Positions 1 to 12,454 are shown, numbered from the stretch's first letter. The stretch is 64,000 bases of DNA from Eledone cirrhosa (GCA_964016885.1 OZ024743.1:89776001-89840000); one strand, 5' to 3'. Translations and numbers: made by a program. Notes: generated from the sequence alone by a model not told the origin.

Positions 1-129
1 GTGAGAAAACAATATAACAAAACGAGGAGGTATCAAATTATTATCAAAATAACACATAATGTTGCCGTGTTGTTGCTTAAGCGAATAAATATATAAACAG
101 AGATAGTGATGCAGAGTTTAGAAATATTT

Positions 130-417
130 TATAAATTCTCCGAATTGAGAGATGACAGCTCCAATACTATTAGCATGTGGTTAGAATGTCTCGGGAAAGA
201 ATCGCTGGATAGACTTTTACAGGCAAAACAAACTGGCCCGAGACCCAGGGGTAGACACCGAGCAAGATGGTTGAATAACATCCATGAGCTTGGCTGGTCT
301 TACTTGGGGATGCAGCCGGATCAGTTGGGGACGGTTGCTTCTGACAGGATCTGCTGGAAGGAGTGTTTAAGGATTCTGCCCCCAACAAGTCTCCCAAGAA
401 GAAGAAGAAGAAGAAGC
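130..417 (+). mobile_element. 3' fragment of RTE-clade LINE ending in (GAA)n tail
   Basis: Translates to RPRGRHRARWLNNIHELGWS...ASDRICWK, typical of an RTE ORF C-terminus. Homologous to 9750-9952 and 23800-24168, all ending in (GAA)n. Confidence 0.75.
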
Positions 418-956
418 GCAGTAATCCCACATATGGAATTATGAGGAGAAACTCTACTAATATAGATCTTGGCTGAACATATGGGTGTTGTAAACCTCCG
501 GATTGCCGAGACACACTTCATTAATAAGCTAAAGCACCCACTGAACCACCGGATCGAGCTGGACTCAGGAATACATATACATACTGTATCCCTGAACTAT
601 GGCAGTGCCTGTCTACTCGATTTATTAGGATATTGATGGAAAAAAAGCATACAAACATTATGTTTGATGATGAGTTTTAAATCGGAAAGCGCTCACAACC
701 GAACGTGGCCCATCTAACCTGCAACAACACTTTCTAGTCCAGGGTTATTTCTTAATTGTTTCAATTTATTTTAGTTTGAACTATTCTAGTTTATGGTCTC
801 TCCCTCCATCCACCCGGTTAAGTATTAAGATATACACGAGCAACAAACGTCGACCATATGGATAAGAAAACAGATTGAATTCCAGCTGAACCATACAAAA
901 TTGTATGCATATTTAAATCACACACACACTATATATATATATATATATATATATAT

Positions 957-1037
957 GTCACCCACAGTTAGTAGGGTACTCAATACATTAGTAGAGAGTA
1001 AGCATGAAGTTTAATATAGAAATGGCTTCTATATTAA

Positions 1038-1042
<5 letters not shown>
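957..1042. repeat. Mini fold-back element between (TA)n tracts
   Basis: aagtttaatatagaa-atggc-ttctatattaaactt (15-bp perfect stem, 1007-1041) plus a ~50-nt tail related to 25740-25820 and 39330-39398. Confidence 0.6.
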
Positions 1043-1135
<93 letters not shown>

Positions 1136-2414
1136 TGCAGTAGAAATTGAATTTTTATCATTTAAGATTTAATGCACGGTATAACTTATTAAATAATTAT
1201 ACATTCTCTCTGATAAAAGTAAACAAAATGTTTACCCCTCGTATGTCTGTTGACCGATCGATTTAGAATGGTCAGCCATAGCAATTTACTTTTATAAGCC
1301 AGCAAGGCACGCGTTAACAAATCACTGAAACTTTAGAGTTTACAAGCCATTATAGTTTACAATTACACATCCTTCCTTTGCTACGAATGAAACTCTTCAT
1401 TCATGCATCTGCTTAGCCGTGCGAATTCTCAAAGCAGTAACTTATTTCTGCTTGTTCCCCACCCAAAGTATGTCTATTCTCATTTTCACCCCAACGAAAT
1501 TATTATTTCATTTATATTACAGAGAAATGACCCGCCCTAACCGCGTGATATTCAAAAATCCCTATTATTAATATCCAGTTGTAAAGCTTTATACTTATTA
1601 ATGATGTCATTTTAAAAACTTGTCATTCATAACTAATTCAAATCTGCACTAAAAATCTTTCGTAATTAACAATACAAACTGCTTCTTTTTAAAAAGAAAT
1701 ATTACTTAAACTGTAATCTTCTTTAAAATACACGAACTGTTATTAATATTAAGTTATACTGCTTATTAGTTTTATACTACTTAGTATAATTACTCACATC
1801 ACTTAAACCGGGCATGTCTACATACTACAGGTGGAAAAATATTGAAATAACCGCTTTATGTAAATATAATTACTAAGCCTTTCTTTTCTTCTCTGCACAA
1901 CTCCTACCTATGTTCTCTTATATAACGTCCAGACAGAAGCTCAACATTGTGATTAGCAACATTTTTGTTTGTTCTGTGACGTAAACAAATAGTCCTTCAT
2001 AAAAAGGCTGTTCACTGAGGGTTGAGCTGCAGCTAAACTTATGAAGGACAGCACAGTTACGATCAACTCCTTACTTTCTTGTATGTAGGGAACTCATGAT
2101 TATATTATCAAACATGTCCTTTTCTAAAAGGGTAGCCACAAGGCTATATTAACCATTAAGCAAAATAAACACATACTTAGGGCATCAAGAAAAGAGGAGC
2201 TCCATTTTAATCAAACTAAATGCATTTATCATTGAAAAAAAAAAAAACACATATTTCGCAGACTTTATATTGGGTGGAAGTGGTGGGGGCACATCATAAT
2301 ATTTTAAGTGTTCAGAACCTCAAAAAGACTTGTTAGATAATATATCAATGAAGATGCGGGAGTTATTTCTTGCAGTAATTGCAAACAACCATCTCGTGGA
2401 TAAGGGGTGGAAAA

Positions 2415-2565
2415 TTGGCAGAGCAATTAGATCGCCGGTTATAGAATGATTTTGCGGCATTCGTTCCGACTCTTTGTGTTCTGAATTCAAATCCTGCTGA
2501 GATCAAATTTGTCTTTCATCCTTTCGAAGTCGATGAAAAAAGTACCAGTCAAATACTTGGGTCGC
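2415..2565 (+). mobile_element. tRNA-type SINE (family 1)
   Basis: gttctgaattcaaatcc (B-box-like)...tttcatcctttcgaagtcgat...agtaccagt. The same motif string recurs at 5803-5940, 16550-16750, 30995-31155, 39225-39330, 45335-45460, 54400-54560 and 60860-61150. Confidence 0.7.
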
Positions 2566-2984
2566 CTCTTCCTATATATCTCTTTCACATTTCCTCTCTA
2601 TCACTCATTCTTCTCTGTTCCAACGTGGAGAGAGGATGGACTCTACCAGGTTTAAAATGCCCAGGAAACTCTACGGAGTCCTTACGACTCTACGAAGAGT
2701 TACCGGTATATACATATCTTGGTAAATCTGACCTCAATAAAACCATCTTCTTGTATACGATACAATAGCAAGCTAGAAAGGTTGCTATTGCCATCATGTT
2801 CAGACAATAAAACAGAAACATGTGCAGATGATGTGTAAGATTCAGTACATTATCTGAGCTAGATATACAAGGATATGTTTCATATACAAATAATAATAAA
2901 AAAATAATGATTTCGTATATATATATATAACCCCAGTAACCCCACTATCCGGGAGCTTCCAACCGACATGGTCGCATTCTTTAA

Positions 2985-3217
2985 GGGTATGTCAATATTT
3001 GTTTATAAAACTGATCTATATTATATTTTATCTGATGAAAGTGCACCATAATTTGCTTTGGTGTCCTTGAAATATGTATAATGAAATAAATATGGTTTTA
3101 TAAATATAGTTTCCATTTGTTAATATATTGTATTTTTACTCCAAAAATTTGTTGAGTGCTTTATATCAGTTATAAAAATATTTGCTTGTTGTATCCCAAC
3201 AAATTAAATATAACTTC

Positions 3218-3220
<3 letters not shown>
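2985..3220 (+). mobile_element. Family A PLE-like terminal repeat (long arm + tail) with HHR, abutting (TA)n
   Basis: Homologous to 3605-4027, 26138-26340, 27475-27625 and 28406-28810. Confidence 0.7.
3024..3088 (+). ncRNA. Minimal type-I hammerhead ribozyme motif (family A)
   Basis: tattttat-CTGATGA-aagtgcacca/tggtgtcctt (stem II)-GAAA-tatgta-TA-atgaaata. Stem I pairs 8/8 with one GU. Confidence 0.65.
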
Positions 3221-3276
<56 letters not shown>

Positions 3277-3277
<1 letters not shown>

Positions 3278-3547
3278 TAATCTGAGTTTTTCGAATATTA
3301 AACATTCGATTCGTTTGCATTTACGCAAACAAGCCTCAATTTTATAGCCATGTCAGTAGAATGAACCCTTCAATCTTGCTCTTGTGTTCACATGCCAACA
3401 CAAGAGCAAGAATGAAGGGTTCATTCTACTGACATGGCTATAAAATTGAGGCTTGTTTGCGTAAATGCAAACGAATCGAATGTTATTATTAATATTCGAA
3501 AAACTCAGATTACATTTATTGTATTCAACCATGTAGAGCAAAAATTT

Positions 3548-3553
<6 letters not shown>
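3277..3553. repeat. Fold-back element: ~110-bp inverted arms (3277-3388 / 3397-3513) + ~40-nt tail, flanked by (TA)n
   Basis: Arms are reverse complements around the loop cacatgcc. Confidence 0.9.
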
Positions 3554-3606
<53 letters not shown>

Positions 3607-3735
3607 CAAAGGGATATTTAATTTGTTGGTAATTCGACAAATATATTTATAACAGATTCGAAGCACTCGACAAGTTTTCTGGAGTATAATATCAATGATA
3701 TTAATAAATGGAAACTATTTTTATAAAACAATATT

Positions 3736-3796
3736 TATTCTATTATATATCTTTCAAGGGTACCAAAACTTTGGTACGCTCTCATCAGATAAAATA
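3736..3796 (-). ncRNA. Minimal type-I HHR motif (family A)
   Basis: Reverse complement: tattttat-CTGATGA-gagcgtaccaaa-gt-tttggtaccctt-GAAA-gatata-TA-atagaata. Confidence 0.7.
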
Positions 3797-3921
3797 CAAA
3801 GTTTGTTTTATAAATACCCAGGAATCAGACCTTAACGGTTCAAGTTCTGTTCTATCCAAACAGAACTTGAACCGTTAAGGTCTGATTCCTGGGTATGTCA
3901 CTATTTATAAAACAAACTTTG

Positions 3922-3982
3922 TATTTTATCTGATGAGAGCGTACCAAAGTTTTGGTACCCTTGAAATATATATAATAGAATA
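3922..3982 (+). ncRNA. Minimal type-I HHR motif (family A)
   Basis: tattttat-CTGATGA-gagcgtaccaaa-gt-tttggtaccctt-GAAA-tatata-TA-atagaata. Core intact, stems I and II paired, stem III self-complementary. Confidence 0.75.
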
Positions 3983-4113
3983 AATATGGTTTTATAAAAA
4001 TAGTTTCCATTTATTAATATCATTGATATATATATATATTGGTTTCTGATTTAGACACAAGGCCAACAATTGGGGGCAAGGAGGAAGCAGATTAAATCGA
4101 TCCCAGTGCATTA

Positions 4114-5799
4114 CACCGTGTAACAAAAAAAAATGTTTTCTCTGTTCCTGGCTTGTAATCACTTTTTTGTGTTGCTTAGGTCCCAAATAAAAAAAAAAGT
4201 GCTATTAAACAGTTAAAAGTTTGAGTTTGTAGAAATTCTAAGCTGTTCGCTAGAATTATTTGTATGCTGGATTTTACGTTGTATGTAAGTTTAATTTGCT
4301 TATCTTAAATGATTTTTTAATATATGTTTCAGGTTAAATTAAAATTATAAAATGCAATAAAGTATAAAATTGTTAAAAGGTGGATTAAATAGATTTATTG
4401 ATACTGGGTACCAGAAAAGTTCCTCACTTCCCAAACCAAAAAGAAGTCAATGACTTGGTCAGGGATATGGGTCTGACCAAGTCCAATGCAGGGCTATTCG
4501 TCTCCAGGATGAAGCAGTGGAACTTGGTCAAGGAGGAAGTGCAGGTGACAAGTCAGAGAAGTCGACACGAACCTTTCTCAGGCTTTTACACTCTTAGGGA
4601 TGGCCTCTGCTTCTGCCATGACGTGCCTGGACTGTTTGACGTTATTGGGGTGCCGTTTGTGCCCAAGGAGTGGCGGCTATTTATAGACAGCTCCACCAGT
4701 TTGAAGGCTGTCCTCCTCCACAATGGGAACAATTTTCCGACACTCCCCCTAGCTCATTCAGTCCCTGAAGGAAGATTACTACAGTGTGAAAGTCCTCTTG
4801 GAAGCTCTGCAATACAACCAGTACAATTGGGAAATGATCGGAGACTTCAAGATGGTGGCTTTCCTGCTTGGACTCCAAGGAGGCTTTATCAAATTCCAAT
4901 GCTTCCTCTGCCTTTGGGACAGCAGAGCCACCTCTGACCACTACAAAAGAAAGAACTGGGAGCAGCGAATAGAATTTGTAGTTGGGACCCGGAACGTCAT
5001 GTGGGAGCCACTGGTTGATCCCAGGATTGTGCTCATGCCGCCACTGCATATTAAGTTGGGGTTGATGAAGCAGTTTGTGAAGGCTCTCAACCAAGTTCTT
5101 CTCCACGTTATCTGAGGCCAAAATCAAAGGTGGAATTTTTGTTGGACCTCAGATAAAGAAGGTGTTTGAGTCTACCGAGTTCTCCAATAAGCTCAATAGG
5201 ATTGAGAGAACAGCATGGAACTGTTTCAAGGCAGTTGTTAAGGGCTTCCAGGGCAACTACAGAGCTGAAAACTACCAGCAGGATCTGATAAAGGCTTTTG
5301 GCGCCATGGGATGCAGGATGTCGCTTAAACTCCATATGCTGGACGCCCACCTGGAAAAATTCAAGGACAATACGGGCGCCTACTCAGAAGAACAAGGCGA
5401 ACGATTCCACCAAGATGTGAAAGAGATAGAGCGGAGGTACCAGGGCCACTACAATGAAAAAATGATGGGGGACTATATCTGGACTATAACCGCAAATTCA
5501 GGAAATCCAGTCATTTCTGACGTGTATAAGTTGCTTTATAAGTGTTATTTGTTTTACTTGTTTGCTTTTGATAAGCTTGTGTAATAAAATAAATATATAC
5601 TCTGTTGATTTAATTATATGAACTGATAAATTTTTAAAAAGTGTGTTTTTCTTGAAAAATATGAACATTTCGAAATATGAAACTCCTGACCACAAACCCA
5701 AACTTCTGATCAAATAATAGTGTTTTTTTATAATAATGGGATATAACAAACCAGTAAATGACACTTGGAACCGGGGAACAAATAATATGTTACACGGTG
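4114..5799 (+). mobile_element. Chapaev3-like (CMC) DNA transposon, internally deleted, inserted in a SINE
   Basis: TIRs CACCGTGTAACA (from 4114) / TGTTACACGGTG (ending 5799), 3-bp TSD TTA on both sides. SINE sequence cccagtgcatta|ttggtactttatttt is rejoined on removal. Superfamily assigned from recalled CAC termini, TWA TSD and transposase motifs. Confidence 0.75.
4398..5500 (+). pseudogene. Frameshifted DDE transposase of the element above
   Basis: Three consecutive ORFs carry WRLFIDSS, GDFKMVAFLLGLQGG..CFLCLWDSRA, PPLHIKLGLMKQFVKAL, MSLKLHMLDAHL and SEEQGERFHQD. Confidence 0.85.
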
Positions 5800-6420
5800 T
5801 TATTGGTACTTTATTTTATTGACCCATTAAGGATGCGAGGCAAAGCTAACCCCGGCGGGAATTGAACACAGAACGTAAAGGGCCGTAACAAAATACCACA
5901 AAGCATTTTTTCCGATACTCTACCAATTCTGCCAATCCTCTGACCATAATAATAATAATCGTATCTGTTGAAACATTTCATGAAAGGTTTATAGTCAGTT
6001 TGGTGTCACCTTTCTTGATAGAGCCTGTTAGTACAAGCTGCACCTTCTGCATTCTCCTCGTGACACCAGTGCATACAATATATTTTGGAAACCCATTATA
6101 TCCCATTATTAGCAATCCTTTAAACAAGTCTAATAACTTTTTTAGGCCCACCGCTAAGTTTTGATATTTCTAATCTCAAAATAGCTTCATCGATAATCTT
6201 TATTCCTCCTGAGCTTAAGAAAGGCATTATTCCCTTATAAATATATTGCTATTCGTTTGTATCTTTATTTATTTTAAATGAATTTTAAAGGATTCCCCTA
6301 AAAAAAGTGTTTTTCGTTTTGCCTTGTTTCCGTTCGTTGTCTTGCCCTCCCTTTGTTAATTTTCTTAAGTTTATATATATATATATATTTAGTTATGTAA
6401 TAAACAACATAAGGCAATTA

Positions 6421-6479
6421 TTCCATTTGCCAGTGGTTTCTTAAAAGCAAAAAATGTTGCTTTCAATCATCAGAATGAA
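6421..6479 (-). ncRNA. Type-I HHR motif (family B, left arm; UA site changed to CA)
   Basis: Reverse complement: ttcatt-CTGATGA-ttgaaagcaa/ttgcttttaa-GAAA-ccactgg-ca-aatgga. Confidence 0.6.
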
Positions 6480-6590
6480 AGAATCCTGGTGTATTTATTG
6501 ATATTGGATTCTAAAAACAAACGTTTTGTTTTTAGAATCAAAACAAAGTTTTGTTTTTAGAATCCAATATCAATAAATACACCAGGATTT

Positions 6591-6650
6591 TTTCATTCTG
6601 ATGATTGAAAGCAAAATTTTTTACTTTTAAGAAACCACTGGTAAATGGAA
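6591..6650 (+). ncRNA. Type-I HHR motif (family B, right arm)
   Basis: tttcatt-CTGATGA-ttgaaag../..cttttaa-GAAA-ccactgg-TA-aatggaa. Confidence 0.75.
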
Positions 6651-6742
6651 TAATTGCCTTATGTTGTTTATTACATAACTATTAAGCTCTGTTACCTACA
6701 TAGAGCACTCTTTTTTCCTGGACTTTTCCGACGGAATTACTT

Positions 6743-6824
<82 letters not shown>

Positions 6825-7321
6825 GTTGTTATATAGTAAGGTGCATTATTGGTTGTGTAAAAGGGTCCAATTTATGTTAGCAATATCAAGTTCTCCACGC
6901 TTTTGTATATCTCCAATTCCATTCAAGGGAACAGGTAGATGATGTAGCAAAATGAAAATCCAAAGGCAATGTAAAATTCCAATCATTTAATCACGACACA
7001 TGTTTCAATAAGAGATGGATCGATTGTGAAGCCATGATCGATTATCACTGATCTCATCAGGTGAAAATGAATTGTCTTCAAATTCTTGATATGTGGGATA
7101 AAAATAACGATGTTCTCTCACAGAATGATATGAGGGAATGAATTCTGTGAGTGAACATCGTTATTTTTATCCCTCATATCAAGAATTTGAAGACAATTCA
7201 TTTTCACCTGATAAGATCAGTGATAATCGATCATGGCTTCACAATAGATCCATCTCTTATTGAAACATGTGTCGTGATTAAATGATTGGAATTTTACCTT
7301 GCCTTCGGATTTTCATTTTGA
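6825..7321. repeat. Fold-back element, ~175-bp arms (6949-7126 / 7142-7320), ~120-nt left tail, in (TA)n
   Basis: Near-perfect reverse-complement arms. Confidence 0.9.
6983..7070 (-). ncRNA. Type-I HHR motif with long stem II (family C)
   Basis: Reverse complement: tcattttcac-CTGATGA-...-GAAA-catgtg-TC-gtga(tt)aaatga, with a GUC cleavage triplet. The mirror copy at 7198-7284 (+) has CTGATAA. Confidence 0.65.
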
Positions 7322-7340
7322 TATATATATATATATATAT

Positions 7341-8340
7341 ATAATAGAGTATATGTTCCTACACGCACAAGGCGCTAAGGGACACATGTATTGTCCAACC
7401 ATATGCCAATGTGGTTCAATGGCAGGTTAATAAATTAACGAGCCAGAACATATATAATCAAGGTTTAGCAAATAAGAAAAAGTTTCAAAATAAATTTTAA
7501 AAACTTAACTTTACTTACTATGGTTACCTTTACCGAATCGGTTTCGAGGCTCAAAAATAAACGGAGTCCATACGGCACCCGTTGCAAAGAAAAACTCTCG
7601 TCAGAAGGATCTTTTCACTCGGAGAATATAAAATTCCCGAGTTCAAATTACGAACTGGCGCTATTCAAAATTGTTCCTGAGATGAGAGTAAATGAAGTGG
7701 AATCAATTCTTTCAAGTGCCATGTGTAAAGATAGAGGCAGGGGCAGGGAGGTCAGTCGGCTCCCGCTATAACTAGCAGCAGTCAGAACGACCAAATTTTT
7801 TTCCTCTGCCTCTATCTTTACACACGGCACTTGAAAGAATTGATTCCACTTCATTTACTCTCATCTCGGGAACAATTTTGAATAGCGCCAGTTCGTAATT
7901 TGAACTCAGGAATTTTATATTCTCCGAGTGAAAAGATCCTTCTGACGAGAGTTTTTCTTTGCAACGGATGCCGTATGGACTCCGTTTATTTTTGAGCCTC
8001 GAAACCGATTCGGTAAAGGTCACCATAGTAAGTAAAGTTAATTTTTTTTTATTTATTTTGAAACTTTTTCTTATTTGCTAAACCTTGATTATATATGTTC
8101 TGGCTCGTTAATTTATTAACCTGCCATTTAACCACATTGGCATATGGTTGGAGAATACATGTGTCCCTTAGCGCCTTGTGCGTGTAGGAACATATACTCT
8201 ATTATTACTAATCTCCTCTTGGTTGAGAAAAAAATGTGTTCGTTCTGACTGCTGCTCGTTTAATTTTGAGACTCGAAACTATAGTAATAAAGTTAATTTT
8301 TTTAATTTATTTTGAAACTTTTTCTTATGTGCTAAACCTT
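7341..8340. repeat. Largest fold-back element, ~400-bp arms (7341-7740 / ~7805-8204), in (TA)n
   Basis: Arms differ at only about ten positions. This explains the mirror ORFs 7520-7771(+) and 7772-8026(-). Confidence 0.95.
7935..8021 (+). ncRNA. Type-I HHR motif (family D); mirror copy at 7525-7612 (-)
   Basis: cctt-CTGACGA-gag...ctc-GAAA-ccgattcgg-TA-aagg. Confidence 0.65.
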
Positions 8341-8450
8341 AATTATATATATATATATATATATAGTAATAAACACAGTAAATTGTGTGTTTAAAATTAC
8401 GAGGGTTGATATACCACGTTGGTTTGACAGATTTAACCTGAAGCAAACGG

Positions 8451-8524
<74 letters not shown>

Positions 8525-8538
8525 TTTATATATATATA

Positions 8539-8918
8539 TTGTTATACTTGGGGAGGTCATGCTGACAATAAAAGCACACAGTTAGATTTCACTTCAATTT
8601 ATTATAAACTCCCAGTCGGTTAGTTTAATAACAGGGTGGTTGTTTAGTTGCCGTTGATTGTCAAACTTCTTTCGTCACACATTCTGTGACCTCCTCAGTG
8701 ACTACTTTTGTTATTTTGTGTTTCTCCTTTGTTCTTCCCTGCATCATCTTGTTTTTATGAGCTGTGTACTTGGGCTGCGCGTGCGTTATATCCAGATGTG
8801 CGCGTGTGTGTGTGTGTGTGTGTGTGTGTTTATTTATTTATTTATTTATACATTTATTTACTTGTCACTAATCGGTTACTTGATCTATCTGTGTGTCAGG
8901 TGTGTTTTAATAGTTTAG

Positions 8919-8920
<2 letters not shown>
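8539..8920 (-). mobile_element. PLE 3' terminal fragment with HHR
   Basis: Its terminus atgacc..ccaagtataaca matches the 3' terminus of the PLE at 35185-35207. Flanked by (TA)n. Confidence 0.6.
8660..8702 (-). ncRNA. Minimal type-I HHR motif (family E)
   Basis: Reverse complement: gtca-CTGAGGA-g-gtcac-agaatgt-gtgac-GAAA-gaag-TT-tgac. Confidence 0.65.
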
Positions 8921-8981
<61 letters not shown>

Positions 8982-9081
8982 AATGATGACAGATACTTCT
9001 CTCTTTCGCCCGTACCTTTTATTTTTCATTATATATAGAGAGAGATATAGATAGATAGAAGAATGGATAGATAGAAGAATG

Positions 9082-9139
<58 letters not shown>

Positions 9140-9749
9140 AAAGTGTTGCATAATAACCGTGTTTATACAGATAGATAGCTAGATTGAGAGAAATATAGGG
9201 GGGGGGGGAGAACGCTTAAATGTCGTCATATTCACAAAAGTCCAATAAAGTCTACTCATTGTTATTCTGCACTGTAATACATGCAGTATATGCAATAACT
9301 CAGCAGTTTCAACGAAATACCACAAACATAAATCAATTCCAGCTGTTGTTTCTTTCTTAAATGGACTTCAAGCTTGAGAAGATCCGTTTAATGAAAGTGG
9401 TTGTACGAGATGTTAAAATGTTGAAGTTTTCCCGTCGTAAAAGTAACAGCGCTTTGGTGCAAACATCTGTTCAAGTTTGATTTGATTTTCTTTTTTTCTA
9501 TTAAAGTATTTTCATGCTTTCTTATTCGAGTTTTCTAATATATGTTTAGTTTTAAACAATTGAGTTATATATGCGTGTGTGTGTACACGCGCGCGCGTGT
9601 GTGTGTAATATATATATATATAACATATATATATATAATATATATATAACATATATATATATATAATATATATATAACATATATATATGTATATATATGT
9701 ATATAATATGTTAATATGTGTAGAATTTCTCAGGAAAAAATTGTTGGGC

Positions 9750-9952
9750 AGATTTTACGAGCAAAAACCAACCGGCAGGAGACCCCGAGCAAGATGGTTG
9801 GATAACATCCATGAGCTTGGCTGGTCTCGCTTGGAGATCCAGTCAGATCAGTGGGAGGCAGTTGCTTCTGACAGGAACCACGGGAATTAGTGTTTGAGGA
9901 CTCTGCCCCCACAAGAAGAAGAAGAAGAAGAAGAAGAAGAAGAAGAAGAAGA
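9750..9952 (+). mobile_element. RTE LINE 3' fragment with (GAA)n tail
   Basis: PTGRRPRARWLDNIHELGWS; homologous to 130-417. Confidence 0.75.
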
Positions 9953-10164
9953 GGATCGCTACAAATGACAATAGCTTTGGAATATCGGCCAAAATATCCT
10001 TAGGGGCAGACAAAATATATATATATAGGCGGTAAAAACCAGTTAGACCATTACTCACGAGAGTACTCGATACTTTGGTTAGTAGAGTGGGTAATATGAA
10101 AATTCGGATCTAGCTGTTAAAACGGCCGGAGCTCAGCCGTCGGGGTCCCGAATTTTTCATATGT

Positions 10165-10228
<64 letters not shown>

Positions 10229-10410
10229 TATTATTTATTAATGTTCATACATGGGGGTAAAGCGCTACCCATTTACCCAGGTTTCGAGACCCAATTTACC
10301 GTCTCCCCAGATTGTAAAAGCGATCAAATTTGTGGCGCTTTGACAAGTTTGAAGATAGATAATACGGTACACCTTTTATTCTACTCAACTCCATAGTTTA
10401 ATAAATATAA

Positions 10411-10850
10411 TCATCATCATCAGGTCGAGCTTGCTCGGCTTTCTACGACACGTTTCCTCCATCCATCTCTGTCTCTCATAGCGTTTGCCAGTTCTTCCAC
10501 AGTGCATCCAGTATCGTCCTCAAGTTGCTTGACGTATGTCTTCTTGGGACGACCAGCGTTTCTTGCTCCATGAGATGGACTCCATAACAACACATCACCT
10601 GCTATCTCTTCTTTGCTGCGCCAACAGTGGCCAGCAAATCTGAGTCTCTGTCCACGTATTGACCTGCTGATAGGTGGTATATTTCCATAGAGATCCTTAT
10701 TTGTTGGGTGTTCCCTCCAAGACACGTTTAAAGCAGCACGGAGCATGTCCCGTCTAGCTTTTTCTCCAGTTTCGACGTTAGCGTCCAAGTGATAGAGCCA
10801 TAAACAAGCACAGATTCCACAGCAGCTCTGAAGAAATTCCTTTTCAGTTT
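10411..10850 (-). mobile_element. 5'-truncated RTE-clade LINE (second family) with (TGA)n tail and 10-bp TSD
   Basis: ORF has LRAALNVSW..RLRFAGHCWR..GRPKKTY..DRDGWR. ataaatataa occurs at both 10401-10410 and 10851-10860. Confidence 0.85.
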
Positions 10851-11186
10851 ATAAATATAAACATTTAAATATAAACATTTCTATATTACATACCACTAGA
10901 TAATACCATACATCTGGTATATTGTACACACACACTAGCACACGAACACTAGCAGAGCCATTTCAATTTTACATCTCTGAGTTATACTACGTTTTCATAA
11001 AGGTATATTTAACACGCTATAGTTTTAACGATATCTTCAAACTCGTTCAAGCTCCTAATAACTAAGTTACAAATTTGATGGATCTTACAATCTGAGGAGA
11101 TGATCAAAATTGGGCCTTGAACCCGTGGGTAACGATTTTGTTGAAATAACGTTAGGAAGAAATTACAAAAATAAAAATTTATATAT

Positions 11187-11725
11187 ATATATGATAGGGA
11201 TAAACACTGATACAAGTATACATGTGTTCGCATTACAAATGACCAAGTTAGCTAGATTGAAAAATACCAAATTGTAAAAGGCTATTTGAGTTTATAACTC
11301 TATATATAATATTCTCGGCTCCATACGTTGAGCTAATTTTTGGTCCCATAAAACCGGCTGCTATTTTTAGCGGCAGGAGTATGGGACGAGCTAGGCGCTG
11401 TGACACATGTGCGTTCAACAACACATTTCTCTCAGTCTTCTTAAGTATTTTGAAGTAAAACTTACCAATTTCTGGATACCTGCAGAAGAGCACAGGAATA
11501 GGAACTTTCACTTAATTGTTGCGAAACAAATTTAAAATTTAAAATTTAAAATTTGTCCGGGTATCACGGCTATTGCAAATATAGGTTTGTTTTTATTGAT
11601 TTATTATTTTAAATCGGGACAGGCAAACCTTATCATTTTAATTAGTATTTTTCAATTTAGGTAACTTGGTCATTTGCAATGCGAACACATGTATACTTGT
11701 AGCAGTATTTATCCCTATCATATAT
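11187..11725. repeat. ~85-bp inverted repeats around a ~370-bp spacer (MITE-like or fold-back)
   Basis: 11187-11270 is the imperfect reverse complement of 11643-11725. Confidence 0.7.
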
Positions 11726-11803
11726 TCATTTGTATTACACGGCTCGGAAATATTCCTTTCTTTGAGCTATTTAATTGTAAAAGACTATTTGAGTTTATAA
11801 CTC

Positions 11804-11852
<49 letters not shown>

Positions 11853-11854
<2 letters not shown>

Positions 11855-12045
11855 GGAAAATGTTCAAGACCCCGATGGCAGAGCTCAAGCCGTTTCGACG
11901 GCTATTTCTGAGTCTATAAATAGCCGTCGAAACGGTTTCAGCTCTGCCGTCGGGGTCTTGAACATTTTCCTATTACCCACTCTACTATCCTAAGTATTAA
12001 GTACTCTGGTGCGTTATGGTCCACCTGGTTCCTTACTACACTTCG

Positions 12046-12048
<3 letters not shown>
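11853..12048. repeat. Family F fold-back element (GACCCCGACGGCAGAGCT arms) + tail
   Basis: Arms 11853-11905 / 11916-11972, then tail ...gagtactctggtgcgttatggtccacctggttcctta. Relatives at 10025-10160, 17090-17270, 24465-24500, 27888-28068, 43598-43929 and 61333-61456. Confidence 0.85.
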
Positions 12049-12134
<86 letters not shown>

Positions 12135-12419
12135 CTTAAGGAGAAGTAGACGGGTAGGTTTTTAGATATGTATGTAGGTAGGTACATTTGTTGGAAGATT
12201 ATTTCTAGTGTATGTTTGAGTATTACACCAATCTTTGTTTTCATAAAATGTCACTCTTAATCCCTAGTTCTGCTTTAGAAGAACCAATGCGTCCACAAAA
12301 TACACGAATTATCAACCCATCCACACATCTTAAACCATTTAATTCAGAATGTTTCTAGAGGCCTTTCTAGATCGTCTTTTATTGAATCTGATACACACAC
12401 ACATACATACATGTGTGTG

Positions 12420-12454
<35 letters not shown>

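Larger units (their letters stand above)
3605..4027. repeat. Family A fold-back element, axis ~3855, one HHR per arm
   Basis: cttaacggttcaagttctgtt-ctatcca-aacagaacttgaaccgttaag at the centre. Arms are ~170 bp; the left arm carries an extra ~85-nt tail. Confidence 0.9.
6391..6746. repeat. Fold-back element, ~140-bp arms, axis ~6538, ~65-nt right tail, in (TA)n
   Basis: 6391-6535 is the reverse complement of 6545-6680. Confidence 0.9.

Noticed and set aside
7520-8026. Pair of near-identical 83/84-aa ORFs as duplicated genes
   Set aside because: They are a by-product of the palindrome arms; no recognisable domain, and they overlap HHR motifs.
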